Of a stretch of 64,000 bases of DNA, positions 1-12,915 are shown one piece after another. How positions within the stretch are numbered: position 1 is the first letter of the stretch; each line of letters begins with the position of its first letter. Origin of the DNA: Cystobasidiomycetes sp. EMM_F5 (Eukaryota). The stretch covers positions 248,001 through 312,000 of the forward strand of contig JBPGPT010000019.1 of assembly GCA_051047955.1 (NCBI GenBank), written 5' to 3'. The notes below the pieces were generated by a model. The model was not told the DNA's origin, did no database searches, and worked only from the letters and a program-made list of their open reading frames with translations. A program made the position numbers and the translations under genes.

Positions 1-2466
1 CCTGCCTTCTCTTTCCTGCAGCTCCACGACCGTCCAGACGCTATATGCTACCTGGTCGAAGTATCCCCGTCAATGCTCGATGCTACTGAATTCGAGGACG
101 ACCAGGGTAATACGCGTTATAGAAGTAATCTGTCGACAGCATTGAGATCGGCGCTAGATCTCATGCGGACTAGGATCATCAGCGGCAGCCCGAGGGATGT
201 CGTTGGCGTCGTACTGTACGACACAGTAAGGCAGGCCGCAACCAAAAACAAACAACAGGCTTATGAGATATGTGTAGATCTTGTCCAAGAACGTAGACGA
301 CGAACAACCCAAAGAAGGCTTGTACTTAGTGCTCGAGCCGTCCAGCATCAGAGCAGCCAACATCAAGATGATGAGCGATCTTATCGAGGGTGAGAAGTGA
401 CGCTCAAGCTACGTATTGCGCGGGAGCCTTGACAATGACTTGTACTACAGACATGGAAAGTTCGCCCGAGGCCGCCTTCAAACGCTTTAATCCGCGAGAC
501 AAAGAGATCAAGCAGACAACGTTCATAGAGGGCATGCGGTTCAGCGAGAACCTCCTGAAGAACAGGTCATCCGTCACAGCGAACCGTCAGTTGCATATCA
601 TCACAGACAATGACGATCCCTTTCAAGGCAACAAACAACAGCAAAGCGTGGCATGTGTGTTCTCGAATGACGCCCACGAAGCCGGCTTTCAGATCAAAAC
701 GCTCTTCATGCCGGAGGATGCCGATAAATTCAAACTCGAGCGATTTTGGAACGTGAGGACATAGCAGAATCCGGTGTTTAACGTAAGCTGAACTCGATTG
801 GATAGCGATTCCGATTTGACCCATCATTGGATGCGGACATGGACAATGCAGCATTGGTCTTTTCGGGACCAGAGCGATTTCAAAAATTACTGTCTCTTTC
901 GTCCGAAGCTGGCAAGACGAGGCGGGCGCAATTCTCCGTGCCTTTCTTTGTTTACGAAGGAATTGCCATGAGCGTCACTGGATACGGCGCTGTAAACGAG
1001 CAGAGGAAGAAGGCGCCTGTGCAAGTGGAGCAGGCAGAGGAGATCCGCGAGATATACTACAAAACGACGTATGCAGAGACGGAAACTGGCGAGACTATCG
1101 ATCCCAAGAAAGACATCATCAAATACATGAGCATCGGGACAAAAGATCAAAACGAACAGCGGGTAAGTCCGATTGCGCATCATCCTGCACTATCGAAGTC
1201 TCAACTGTCCGTTAGGTGTTCTTTGAGAACGATGAGATTGTCAAGATCAAGAATCTAGGCATGTCACCATGTAAGGAGAGCTTCCGCTTACATCAGCACA
1301 CCCTTACGAGCTCTATATCATGTAGCACTCAAGCTGCTAGGGTTCCTCCCAAGGTCACAGATGAAACCTCAACATACGAACAGGCACTCGTATCTGATTT
1401 ATCCAAACGAGACGGTAAGAGGCATCTTTTTGTCGCATGACGCAGCCTGAGCAGAAAGCCATACTGTGCTAGCTGTATTTGAACTCCATACCAGCTTTCT
1501 CGGCTCTACTCAAGTCAATGCTCAAGAAGGGTGTGGTTGGCTTGGGTGTCCTCGTCGCAAGAGTGAATTCCACTCCTCAACTTGTCTACATGCTACCACA
1601 AGCAGAAGTACGCGATGAGCAGACAGACAACCAAGTCGACCCACCCTGCATCTGGCTGGTCCAGATCCCTTTCGCCGACGACATCAGGCCGCCTACTACG
1701 GAAGTCTGCCTCAGCACTCTGCCGGAGAGTGGTGTAGCTGCAGATGACAATGGCGGCAGAAATATGGTCCAGCTATTCACGAAGTTGTTGAAAAAGCTTA
1801 GAGTCGTATATTTACCCAACCAATTTGCGAATCCAGGTATACGTGTCTATAAGCTTGTCCGTGCCTGATGCTGACGATTGTGTCGATACAGTATTGCAAT
1901 ACCATTATGCAAATTTGGAGGCCTTGGCTCTGTCCTTAGACGCGCCAGAGGCCATAGACCAGACTCTTCCACAAACTGAGGCTATCGCAGAAGTAGGTGA
2001 TCCCGGATCGGGCTTTTCTATCTAGTCTTACACGATCTGTTAGCGTGTAGGCGCTGTTGTTAAGGATATCAAAGCTGCGCTGGAGCAACATCCAAAATTG
2101 GACGATTCATCCTGGCTTTCTGTTGGCGCTGGCGCGAATGGCGATGATGGAAGTGATGCTGGCAATGACGGGCCTTCTGCAAGCAAGAAGGTCAAAGTGT
2201 CGAAAGAGCGTGCAGTCAAGGATATTTCCACGCTCGAACGGTCGCTTGTCAAGGCGTTGCAAGACAAGAACCTCAGAGGAGTAAGGGGGATTGTCCCGTC
2301 ATTTCGGCCGAGTCGGAAGCTGATTAAATGCACTTACTACTAGATCACCGTTGACTTCCTCAAAGACTATCTCAAGCAAAAGAACGTAAAGTCAACAAAT
2401 AACAAGAAGAAAGGCGAATTGCTAGAGATGGCGCAAGCCCAACTCGAAAAGGATGGCAAGCTGTAA
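1..2466 (+). CDS. KU70: Ku70 DNA end-binding subunit (5' truncated by window), multi-exon
   Basis: vWA-like N-terminus (IISGSPRDVVGVVLYDT; HIITDNDDP), core motifs FSALLKSMLKK, PQLVYMLPQ, LVQIPFADDIR, FANP/LQYHYANLEALAL, and a C-terminal SAP-like exon ITVDFLKDYLKQKNVK...KKKGELLE ending TAA at 2464-2466. Confidence 0.93.
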
Positions 2467-2808
2467 TTTACGGTGCGGATAGACATACCTCGATGTTTTG
2501 TCTACCTGATGCTGAATCTGTCTTTTCCGCTCTGCGATCCCAGCTGTTTCAGGGATAGTGACCTGTTGTTGTTCGACAAGCTTGCCTAGCATGCCAGCCA
2601 TTAATGCTAAATGCTAAAGAAAGATGTATACTGACGCAGTTGGCGCTTTCCGTACCCGCACGTATCGGCGTGCAGCCGACAACTCCCAATCAATTCCCGG
2701 AATCTGCCCACTCGTTGACCCAAAGCTGGGAGAGATGCCTTTAGCAAGTCGCGCACCTTGAATGCTCACTTCTGCTGCGCATCTCACCTGAGCTTCAGCG
2801 GTACCGAC

Positions 2809-4558
2809 ATGCTTGTCTTCCTGACCGCCTTCGCGGCAATACAAGATGCAGCGGCGCTGTGCAGCCACGATCTCGCGGAGAGGGGGCTGGCAGAAAGCCA
2901 GCAATTCGAGCGAGCCGTCACTGCCCATCTGCGGAAGCGACAAAACGTACCAAGTCCGGCTGGCAACACCAGTAGCAGTATTATCGGAAATTGGCCGGAT
3001 GTAGCAAAGCTCCAGTGGTCGAATGAGGGTATGTCAAAACTACTGGACTTGCATAGAGTGTCTGAAGTTGCTGAAATCGCTGTTCAGACCCTACCTCGGA
3101 ATGTACAGTGTACAGTGTTGACGACATCGCAGCGATCCGCAGTCAATATCCGTGAGACTGACCTTCCACGATCGACCCGCGCCATTGACTGATGAGCTCC
3201 GACACTGCTAATGTCAGGCCGACGTGGCAGATAGCGCAAATCGTTGACGGAGATGTTGAGGCAATCTCCGCTTACAATGCGATAATCAATCATCAGGACT
3301 TTCCATCTCACATACAGCCGAAAGGGACCACCGCAGGCGACTTTACAGGAGTTCAATACAATGCATCAGATCCAGACTGTTGGTGGTCGTGGGGTAAATG
3401 TACTCAGCCAAAGGTGCAAGGCTTGGCGCAAGACATCTATCGCTGTCCAGAACCTCAAACTCTTGGGTTCACTGTCGATGATGGACCGAATTGTATATAT
3501 TATGCTTTCAGAGTCATGCTCGCGGTATCTGATGAATTGCAACCAGGCTCGCACAACGCATACTATGACTATCTTCGAGAAAAGAAGTACAAGGGCACCT
3601 TGTTTTATGTTGGCAGTAACGTGCTCACTTGGAGCTACCAAGCCAGAAGAGGTTTAGCGGACGGTCACGAGGTACGTCGGCTATGGCGCAAGAATTGCTG
3701 TTGCTGACAGATTGTACTTCTGGCCGTGGCAGATCGGAGTGCATACGTGGTCGCATAGGTACTCCACTGCTCTCACCAATCAACAGTTCTTCGCGGAACT
3801 CTGGTACTCTCGAAAAATCATCAAGCATGTTCTTGGCATTACACCTCGGTACATTAGGCCAGAGTCTCAGTCGAACACATCGTAGTATTGACGCGCTCCT
3901 CTTTGATAGTATCTGGCGAGCGCCCTTTGGTGACGTCGATGACCGTATCCGCTTCATTGCGGCATCGCTCAATCTCGCCACCGTTGGCTGGTCGGATGAC
4001 ACATTTGACTACAAAGTCGCGTCTATGACGAATCCGCAAGGACTGCCCATCCCTAGTGTGGTCGCTAATTACCAGGCTATTGCTGGCAACTCGACGAGCC
4101 AGGCAGAACTGCAAAGGATAGGCAACATTGTGCTGACACACGAGTTGAACAATGTAAGCATGCTGGTCGCTGTCCAGCAGCTGCCATCACTGTTTGGCAA
4201 GTTCAAGCATGTCATGCCGGTATCGTCATGCATGAACGTCAGTCACCCTTACGACGAGCAATCATGGACGTATGCTCTCTTCAACGATTATGTAGCCGGT
4301 AACAATGCTACCAATAATGGGTCGCAGGCTCTCGATACTTCTATCGCTGCGTACACTGGTGGATCAGCCACATCTCTGTCGCCCGGAGCTACTACTCTCG
4401 CCTCTTCAGAGGTTGTCGGAAGCGTCGTCACCAGTACAAACATCGTTGCTTTCCCTACAGCTGCGACTGGCGCCGCGTCACCCGCATTTGTCATCCAGTC
4501 TGGGTTTGCGATGGGCATCGCAGCTGTCTCCGGGCTACTGCTCATCGCCACTGTGTAG
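2809..4558 (+). CDS. Chitin deacetylase (CE4/NodB domain), secreted, probably GPI-anchored
   Basis: Signal-like start MLVFLTAFAAIQ; CWWSWGKCTQPK, TLGFTVDDGPN, HE/IGVHTWSH, WRAPFGDVDDRIR and IVLTHE motifs; Ser/Thr-rich tail and hydrophobic C-terminus. Confidence 0.93.
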
Positions 4559-4702
4559 AGCGATGTGCTCGACATTGTACGATCTATCTGTATTTGTTGT
4601 CGAAATTCTGTATCCTCCGCATAGCTGGATCAGTTTTAGCCTCGGTGTGGATAACAAATATATTGTACATCACAACACATATGAGCTTGTCAAATGTTAC
4701 AT

Positions 4703-5894
4703 TCAGCGTACTTCGATACTTTCGCGAGGCTCCACTTCGCCCAGATGTTCATCTGCGACGGGCAGTAACTGTTGTCGATTGGTATTGTGCCTGTATAGCC
4801 AATACTGCACGGCAATCAGACAATCTATAGACAACTGAAAGCACGCTGTTGCCTTGAACTGCCATGAATTCCCTTCTTGCAGAAAAAAGTAGACGGTTTT
4901 GAAGGCTGTCAATTAGCAGAAGCCACGGGTTCAGATGAATCGAGCAGCGCTCAGGAACAGATGCTAAAACGAACCATCTCCGCCTATCCATCCGGCTAAG
5001 ACAGTCAAGCGGAACCCAGCCAGAGACTTGCGTTGGTAATTGGACAGCAATTGGGGGAGCGGGAGCTGCGATTGGCTGCATTTAGCTGGCGTGATCAGTG
5101 CAGGGACGATGACTGTCGCATGTTACCGTTGATTCCAGGCCGAGTGCTACCAGACCAATGGTATCAATGTATGTCTGCATCCACCCTAGCACGATGTAGA
5201 GTATCGTATTTGCCACTATGAGCGCGGCAAGAAATTCAATATATGTCTTCAATAGTGCAGCCGTTTAGTGGAGCCCAATAACCAAGGGAGGCTGCCTGAC
5301 CCCGTATGATTCCCAAGCCCACAGATTGAGCGGTCGATACCATACTTTGGCTTGTCTTGACAGTGCTTCCGACGCTGGTGATGAGTTGAGTTGGACTGAT
5401 ACGGGATGAATGGAATGTGCTTGTGGAAAGGCTGACTCACTGGGTGTATTGCTCAATAGAGCTGTCGCTGATCCTGGAAGACCTTTGTTTGGCGTCACGA
5501 CAGTGGGCAGTATCGGCCGACGGAATTTCAAGCAGACGTAGAGCAGGGCCAGTTGAAACAAGATCATCCTAAACATTCGTCAGGGTGAATGAAATTCGGG
5601 TAATAACATCATGGGTTGCGGGGATTTACAGGACGCTCTGTACGAGAAGAGCAATCTCGAAGCGTTTGCCAAACCAGAAGAATATGCGGACAATGTTGGC
5701 TACGAGGAGGACGCCGCATACGTCCATCGAGAAGCCAGTCGAGTCCTGCTTTCGGACGATGGACACCATCTGATCTACGTAAACGAGCGGCGGCCCAACG
5801 CTGCAACGGGAGTCAGAGGACAGCTGGAACGAGTGGGGACATATTTATCAGCGTACGCCATTCCTACGCTCGCCAGAGCAGACAGCAGAGTCAT
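4703..5894 (-). CDS. PQ-loop membrane protein (Any1/PQLC1-like), multi-exon
   Basis: Spliced translation MTLLSALASVGMA/VGPPLVYVDQMVSIVRKQDSTGFSMDVCGVLLVANIVRIFFWFGKRFE...LPIPQLLSNYQRKSLAGFRLTVLAGWIGGD...QFKATACFQLSID. Confidence 0.88.
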
Positions 5895-6010
5895 GTTTCG
5901 ATTGTCATTTGGTCAAAAGCCGTCGAGAATGTTGATAATCCATCTTTCATTCCGACCAACCCATGACTGAAATGCTCAACTAACACTGCGCCTTTGATAA
6001 GGCCGTCGAT

Positions 6011-7929
6011 ATGCCTGATAATGATGAACAGACTGCGCCCAGTCCTGCAAGACGGCGCTCGTACGCCGATGCAGCTGCAGCGGGAGTCCAGCTGAGCTCT
6101 GAGCGGCATCAGGCAGCAATGAGCGACGAGCTGGCGGAGACGGAAGAGGACGAGCTGTTCCTCTTCCAAGAGTCCCTGCGCCGCGGTCAGGAAGCCCAGA
6201 CTCGACGACGACGTTTGCTCGCACGGCCACGGATAAGCAATTCCAATACAGTCCGGGAAGAAACGTACGACGACCAGCGCAGCCTACTGACAGAGCAGAT
6301 CAACTGGGCCTCTGCCCGCTCGCTGTATCTGAGGAATCGCCTGAACGATTCGTCCATCCGTATGACGTCCACGACTAACGACCCTGCACCATCTCGCTCG
6401 CACGACTCTCAGGAAACACCTCAAAGCGCAAATGAATTTTCCGACTGGCCAGCGAATGATCCCCAGCTCGCGTCGTCTGTTACCGCCAGTGATGTACTGG
6501 CAGCACAACTCAATAGACCTCCACCTCCCGGTCCTGGACGCTCATCATACGAGCCAGCAGTACTAAACGCAGAGTTTCGCTCCGCTGCTACATCAGCTGC
6601 GCGTCGGCGACTGCTCGTTAATGAGAATTGGAGACGGCAGCAGAGTGGTCATGCCCCAGCAGAAGGCAAGCCGGTTCTCCTGCTGTACTGCGAGCCGTTG
6701 CACTCTGCAGCGCAGCATATCGCCAGCGATCAAGTTGCAGACGAGGAGACACCGGAAGGCTGGTATTCTGTCGTGGACATACCTTTGCCTGCAAGATCAG
6801 AAGCCGATGCCCCGAAGCGAGCGAGCATCTTCGATCCCGCTCAGATTGGCGGAGGTGGCTGTGGACGGTTGTTGTGCGCTCGTGCGTCAGCTTGCCCCGA
6901 TACATCTGTATTTGAAAGCGATACTTCCCCGCCGGCAGAGGCCGTTGGGTGGGTCGAACCCGCCCAGCTTGACGCGTCTCACGCTCCTAGTGTGACAACA
7001 AATACATGCTCGTGCGCTAAAGCGTATATGGCATGCAGATCGTGGTTCGCACCTACGGTTTCCATTTGTGACCCAGTCAGACTGATGTTTGAATGTACAG
7101 CGGAAATGGGATCGGTTACGCAGTGCTGCGAGTTTGCAAGCTTTGCTCGCGCAATAGTTGTAATCCGCATAAATGGGTATACAGCGCTGCGGCAGTGTCG
7201 ACAAGGCCGAGAATGATGTACAGCCATCCGCCTCTGATGGCTTCTGCGTACCCTCCGCACTTGGCACAAGCTGCGTGCGAAGCCGAGCTCGTCATGCGTT
7301 GGATACCGTCGGCTCTCCCGACTCGCGATGAAGATCGTCGAGCAGGATGGGCCGGTGATGACTCTGACTGGAGGGATGCCAGCATAGAAGCTGTACAGTC
7401 TGCAGACGATGCGGAACCTCCAGTCCCTCAGTACGCTCGTAGAACTGGTCCGCGCGTGGAAGACCACGATACAAGTGCTAGAGATGGTTCTCTTTCGCCG
7501 TTAAGCCGAGATGATGGGCGGGCAATTCCACTTTCAAGCTCACTGCGCGGTGATATTCCGATCGAAAGTCCAACAGGTCGCCCAGGCGCTTACGCTCAAT
7601 CACGAGCTGGCACGTCGGGAGAAAGTCCAAGTGGACCCACCTTTCTCGACCCCACCCGCTTCACGCCGTCCACGCACGAATACCCCACTACTGGTCGCCG
7701 GCGTAGGCGTAGAAGCCTGTCGCCCGCTGCTTTGCAAAGAGAAGGGACTCCTGAGACGAGGACACCTGCTCAACGTTATGCAGACAGCATACGGCAATCG
7801 CAGCGAAGGCGAAGACTGCTTGATTTGCTAAGGGAAGACGATATTGCTACTTTCATTTCGCCTTCACTGCAAGACTCGACTGGAAATCCCACGTCGTCTT
7901 GGAATACTCGCGAGATGGTCGGCAGATAA
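6011..7929 (+). CDS. FAM72-domain (Cys-rich, zinc-binding) protein with disordered flanks; one intron 7045-7100
   Basis: After splicing: GCGRLLCARA...FESDTSPP...CSCAKAYMACRSCGNGIGYAVLRVCKLCSRNSCNPHKWVY, matching the FAM72 pattern CxCKxxxxACxxCGNxxGYxVxxxCxxC...H-x-W. Confidence 0.75.
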
Positions 7930-8263
7930 GGCTTTATAGTGCTGGCTGAATACGAGTGTGAATACTCACATCACAAGGCAATGCATTCCTATGGACACTA
8001 ATCTTATTCAAACATGAACCAAAACAAAGTGTAACTAGGTTTCTTCGACGGGCGGCCTTTACAGGAGTCGCGCACTGTAGCTGATACGTGCATGTATCTT
8101 AAACTTGACAATCTCGGAGTCAATATTTGTGCCAAAATTGCTGTTGTCTATATGAACCTTGCCAAATCTCCAACATGGCGTAGCATGACCAGAGAAGAGT
8201 ATGAAAGAATTGCAAGGGAACAAGAAGTAACTCTCAGCATCAGTATCCGCATTAATATCAGAA

Positions 8264-10936
8264 ATGGCCTCCCACAACGCGTCAAAATGGGCAGCCGCTG
8301 GCAACGATATCGGGCAGGGCGACGGCGGCTACGAGAAGCTCGAGATTGTTGGCAAAGGAGCGTACGGGAGCGTCTACAAGGGCCAGCACAAGACTTCTGG
8401 CCAGGTTGTCGCGCTCAAGGTGGGAAATGACCGTCTCGGAATGCGTTAATGCTGAAATGTAATATGCTATATTGACCAGGTTATCGACCTCGAGCATCCC
8501 GACAATGAGGATATAACAGAGATCCAGCGCGAAGTAGCGCTCCTCGGGCAGTTGCGCGATGCCGCAAATCACAACATCACCCTCTACCACGGCTGCTGGG
8601 TCAACCGTACAGAGTTGTGGATCGTAATGGACTATGCGGCTGGCGGTTCTATACGCACGCTTGTGAGTGGGAGCGCCACGCAATCTATTTCGTAAGGCTC
8701 ACGCGCGTCCCGCTGTCCAGATGAAGGCTGGACCTATCGAAGAGCGACAGATTGTCATTATTACGCGTGAAGTTTTGATTGCGTTGGCATACCTGCATCG
8801 TGAGGGTATCATCCATCGTGATATCAAGGGTGGGTAGCCTTCGTACAGCTTGAGTGGCATTTCGTCCGTACATCTGACCAAACCTCAGCCGCCAACATTC
8901 TCCTCACACAGGCTGGGAGGATCCTCCTCTGCGATTTCGGCGTCGCAGCACATTTGCAACATCACAGCAAACGCTCGACCTTCATTGGAACGCCATACTG
9001 GATGGCTCCAGAGGTAATTACAGAAGGCAAATTGTACGACACCAAGGCCGACGTCTGGTCGTTGGGCATCACAATCTACGAAATGGCAAACGGCACACCC
9101 CCTCACACTCATTTGGAAGCCTTGAGAGCTATTGCTCTCATTCCAAGGGCTGACCCGCCTCAGCTTGATGGTACACAATGGTCTGCGCCAATGAAGGAAT
9201 TCATGGCAATTGCACTCACCAAAGATGCCAATCATCGTCCGTTGGCAGATGAGCTTAGTCGACACAGATGGATCCGCGGCACTAGTAAAGTACCGACAAC
9301 TCTGCTTCGCGAGCTCATCGTTCGATATGGCGGCTGGGTCAACGCTGGTGGAGTACGCATGAGCATCATCGGCGATGTAGCCAGGAGAGATGACACATTC
9401 GATTTTGATACGGCTGGAAGTTGGCTCTTTGATGATGCAGATGATGAGGTCGAGCCGCTAGGCGACGAGCCCCAGTACGGTGGTCGACGTCGTCACGCCG
9501 ACAAGGCTCCAGCCAATGCTGCTCCTCGTTCACTGGCGCACCTTTTCGCCGAGAACAAGAATTCGTCGCAAGACTTTGATATGGGTACAGTTTCAGGACC
9601 GCTGATCCAGCTTCCGTCCAACGATGCAGCATCAGCGCCTATGAATTGGCCATCGACTGGCAACAATTGGTCAGCGCCAAGCTGGGGAGCTTCAACAGAC
9701 ACTATAAGACCAGGAAGCATTCACCTGCCCGATGCCGTGGATGATCCCGATATCTCGGCATTCGCTCCAGCTGCAACACCATGGTATATGGCTAGCAATA
9801 CCAGTGTCGGGAAGATTGAACGAGAAGCTGAACTCATCAACCTTAGTGGCGAAACAGCTACATCACACCCTTATGAAGATTTCGCAAACAGCATGTCAGC
9901 TGGTACCATTAGCATGCCGGAGGATCTTTCAAGTCCAGTGACAATGCGGCCAGGGTTCTCCGGAGGCTTCGGAGCTTTCAGCAATGCCTCCTCTTCCCCG
10001 GAGCACTTTCCAAATCCCTTCCCCAAAAGACGGGCGCGACAGGAAAGCAATGATTCGATGTTTGGCGGTGCTGGACCAGCTGGTCCTATCCAAATGTCAG
10101 GGCTGCATCAATCAAGCGATTCATCGTCATCCGCATCATCGAGTGCCGGAACGGCATTTGACTCGCAATATGCGGCGGAGTCTCCACCAACCAGCGAACT
10201 CGTTGCACGAACAGATTCGCCTCAGAGTTACGTCCAGATGCGTCACGGCGTATCGCAATCTCCTTCTTTGCCAGCCATGCAGAAATTGGATTATGGCCGC
10301 GATAGATCTAGTTCCGAAGACGATCCACACTATCCCACTACCCGCCAAATGGATGCAAGACAGCCAGGCGCAAGTCGCCTCCGCTCAAATACAGCTCCCA
10401 ACTTTGAAAGTTCTTCTCCGCAAATGCCGCCACCACCGTCGGCACCTGGCAAGAATGTCTTGAATTTCGCCTCTAAGAACAGTCCTTTCGCTATTGCTCG
10501 TCAGGCTATCCAGCGAAAGCCTAGTGCGCTCAATATTGCAGAAGCTAATGGTCATCGTCACAATGATCTCATCACTCCTAAACACGATCGCAGTGGCTCG
10601 GACGACAATCTGCTTACCCCAATGCCGTCAGCCACACCCACGAACGGCGGTTTCCCTTTTCCAGCAGCCAGCTCGGCAACTTCGCTGTCGAGCTCAGTAT
10701 CCAGCAGATCACCTCTTTCGGCTTCCTCTTCGGCAGCAACGTCAGTAGCAACATCGGCATCAATAGCATGGCCGCAAGGTCCACCTACTCGACCTTTCGA
10801 CTATACTCAGCTCAAAAGTCCCGCTAATGTCAGGTTCGAGCTCGAACGTGCGATACAAGATTTGAGCCAATGGTTCATCACAATCGACACTGGGATGACG
10901 CAAATATTGCCGCAGGCGGCGATTGACACTTCCTGA
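8264..10936 (+). CDS. KIC1: STE20/GCK-family Ser/Thr kinase (Kic1/Nak1-like)
   Basis: [82 protein letters not shown]; long disordered C-terminal half; three 5' introns. Confidence 0.88.
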
Positions 10937-11088
10937 AATGAAATGCTCTCGGCTAGACCATTGCGCATCTGTATCTCATAATTGTATCTGGCCCTGTTTG
11001 TCGGTTGGAGAAAGCGGACGTGTTGTATCCTTGTCTTACTGAGCGCAGGAAATCGTATATAAATTGACTTGATGAGGATTACTTTACG

Positions 11089-12759
11089 CTACACGAAGGC
11101 ATGAGCTTTCCGATCAGGCGTGCCTCTATCGGCATCATATACAAAGTCTTTGTACCATCCCGAGAGCGCCAACTTTGGATTTCGCATCTTTTTCGTCTGT
11201 TTGCAGACTACTGGCGATGGCATGCCCTTGATCTGTTCAAACAGCTGGTCGTAGCTGTTGATAATGCTGGTTAGCGGTTAGAGAAGCAATTCAGAACACT
11301 CCGCGAAAGGAAAGCTGACCCGTATCGGCACCAAGGCTCCTCGACGATGCCCATGACGAGCGCAAGCATGTCTTTCGAGTAATGATCGTATGCATAAAAA
11401 GGAGAATGGCGTTCAGAATGATATGGTCCCTGAAAATGCGACGTGGTTACTCGCAGTTTCTCGGAACCTCGCTCGAACAGCCTACCTTCTCTTTATTCGG
11501 TCGCGTAGCACAGTGAATGCGATCGAGGCTCGGCTGCTCACTGGCTGGCAACAGGAAGGCCAGTATACCGAGCATCTGGGAGAACGTGGATGTCTTCATG
11601 TCTTCGTAACGCACTTTGTGGATGGGAATCTTGGCGCGGGCATCCCTGTTTAACACATCCTTAGGCAGGGATTACGCGCGTACGGTGTGCCTACCAATAG
11701 TTGAGATGGCTGACCCAATCCTCAGCCAATTTGCGCAATGCTTGTGCATGCTCGTCCTCAAAAGCATCCATGCCGTCGAGTCTGGCTGTGTGGTTGCGCG
11801 TCGCACGGCTGGAGGAAGGCTTGAGCACACTACACCGGGTCGGATAATACCTCGGGTCGCTTACAAAGCGTAACGACTCCACAATGCGCTGGTCAGGCCA
11901 CCGCATTCAGTCAACCTGACAAACGAGCAAGGGAAGATGGCTCACTCAAGAGGGTTACGAACTAGAAGGATCGCCTGGTCAAAACGTTCCCACCGCGGCG
12001 CTACGTGGGGTGGAAGATCCAGATCCCGTACAATGGGCCAATCTGAGCATTGACCCTGTGAGCCTGGTGAAGGACTGGCTCGCTGTACGGCTTACGCATT
12101 TTGACCTGCATGCGAACGTTAGAATGCCCGATCATTGAGAAGCACGACGTACCAGCCAAGGGTTATCGAAAGAACTGCATTCGGCTTTGAAGGTCTGCTT
12201 GAGTGCCGGATCGCAGTATGTTCCGGCTGTTAGATAGCCAGATGCGCTTTCGATCATATAACGTGTCCAACTATTACCTAGACATATGCCATTGTGAGTT
12301 GCGAGCGCATCATTTGGCTTGTGACATCGGAACTGACCAGATCGGGGATAAGATGCTAAGGCAGTAATCTTTTTGCTGCTTCCGCGATATTTGAAGGCAT
12401 GGTAGCTGGCGTTTCGCGCCGAACATCGAGCCTGCTCAAGCACACTTGCTTAGCTGGTTCAAGGGAGCAGCTTGCCACGACTAACATCTAGGACGTCTTG
12501 CAGGGTCTTACTGACGGATGATGTTGTTGAATAATGTGTGGCTACTAAGGAAATGTCTATCGTGGCCTGAGAGTACAGGAAGAGGAGCAAAGTCACGGGA
12601 AGTAGAAGCCATGTCAAGTGTCGATACGAGTCTGTCCAACCACATGATCAGCTTGGCATTTTTCGTGAGTGCGGCGGAGCCTCTGTTTTGCGCACGTGGG
12701 AGTAAACCAAAGACTGCCTGTATAGCTAAACAATCCATGTTGTCCCAAGGTTGTTGCAT
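11089..12759 (-). CDS. Sulfotransferase-like (WSCD-type P-loop) type II membrane protein, paralog 2; start approximate
   Basis: TM segment YRHLTWLLLPVTLLLFLY; 5'-PSB-like ITALASYPRSG/NSWTRYMIESASG; FDQAILLVRNPL/DALWS; IHKVRYEDM; PWCRY/GYDQL. Confidence 0.75.
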
Positions 12760-12915
12760 CAGATCCCGTGGGGATCACTTTGGAGCAGGAAAGTGTGGAC
12801 AAGGGTGCCGGTTGAAGACCGGTATTGTCCAAAGCCGACGATGTTTGTACAAATATACGTGCTTTTGGCAGCGATTATTGGAAGTACCTCGGCGTGACAT
12901 CGGAATTACGGGATG

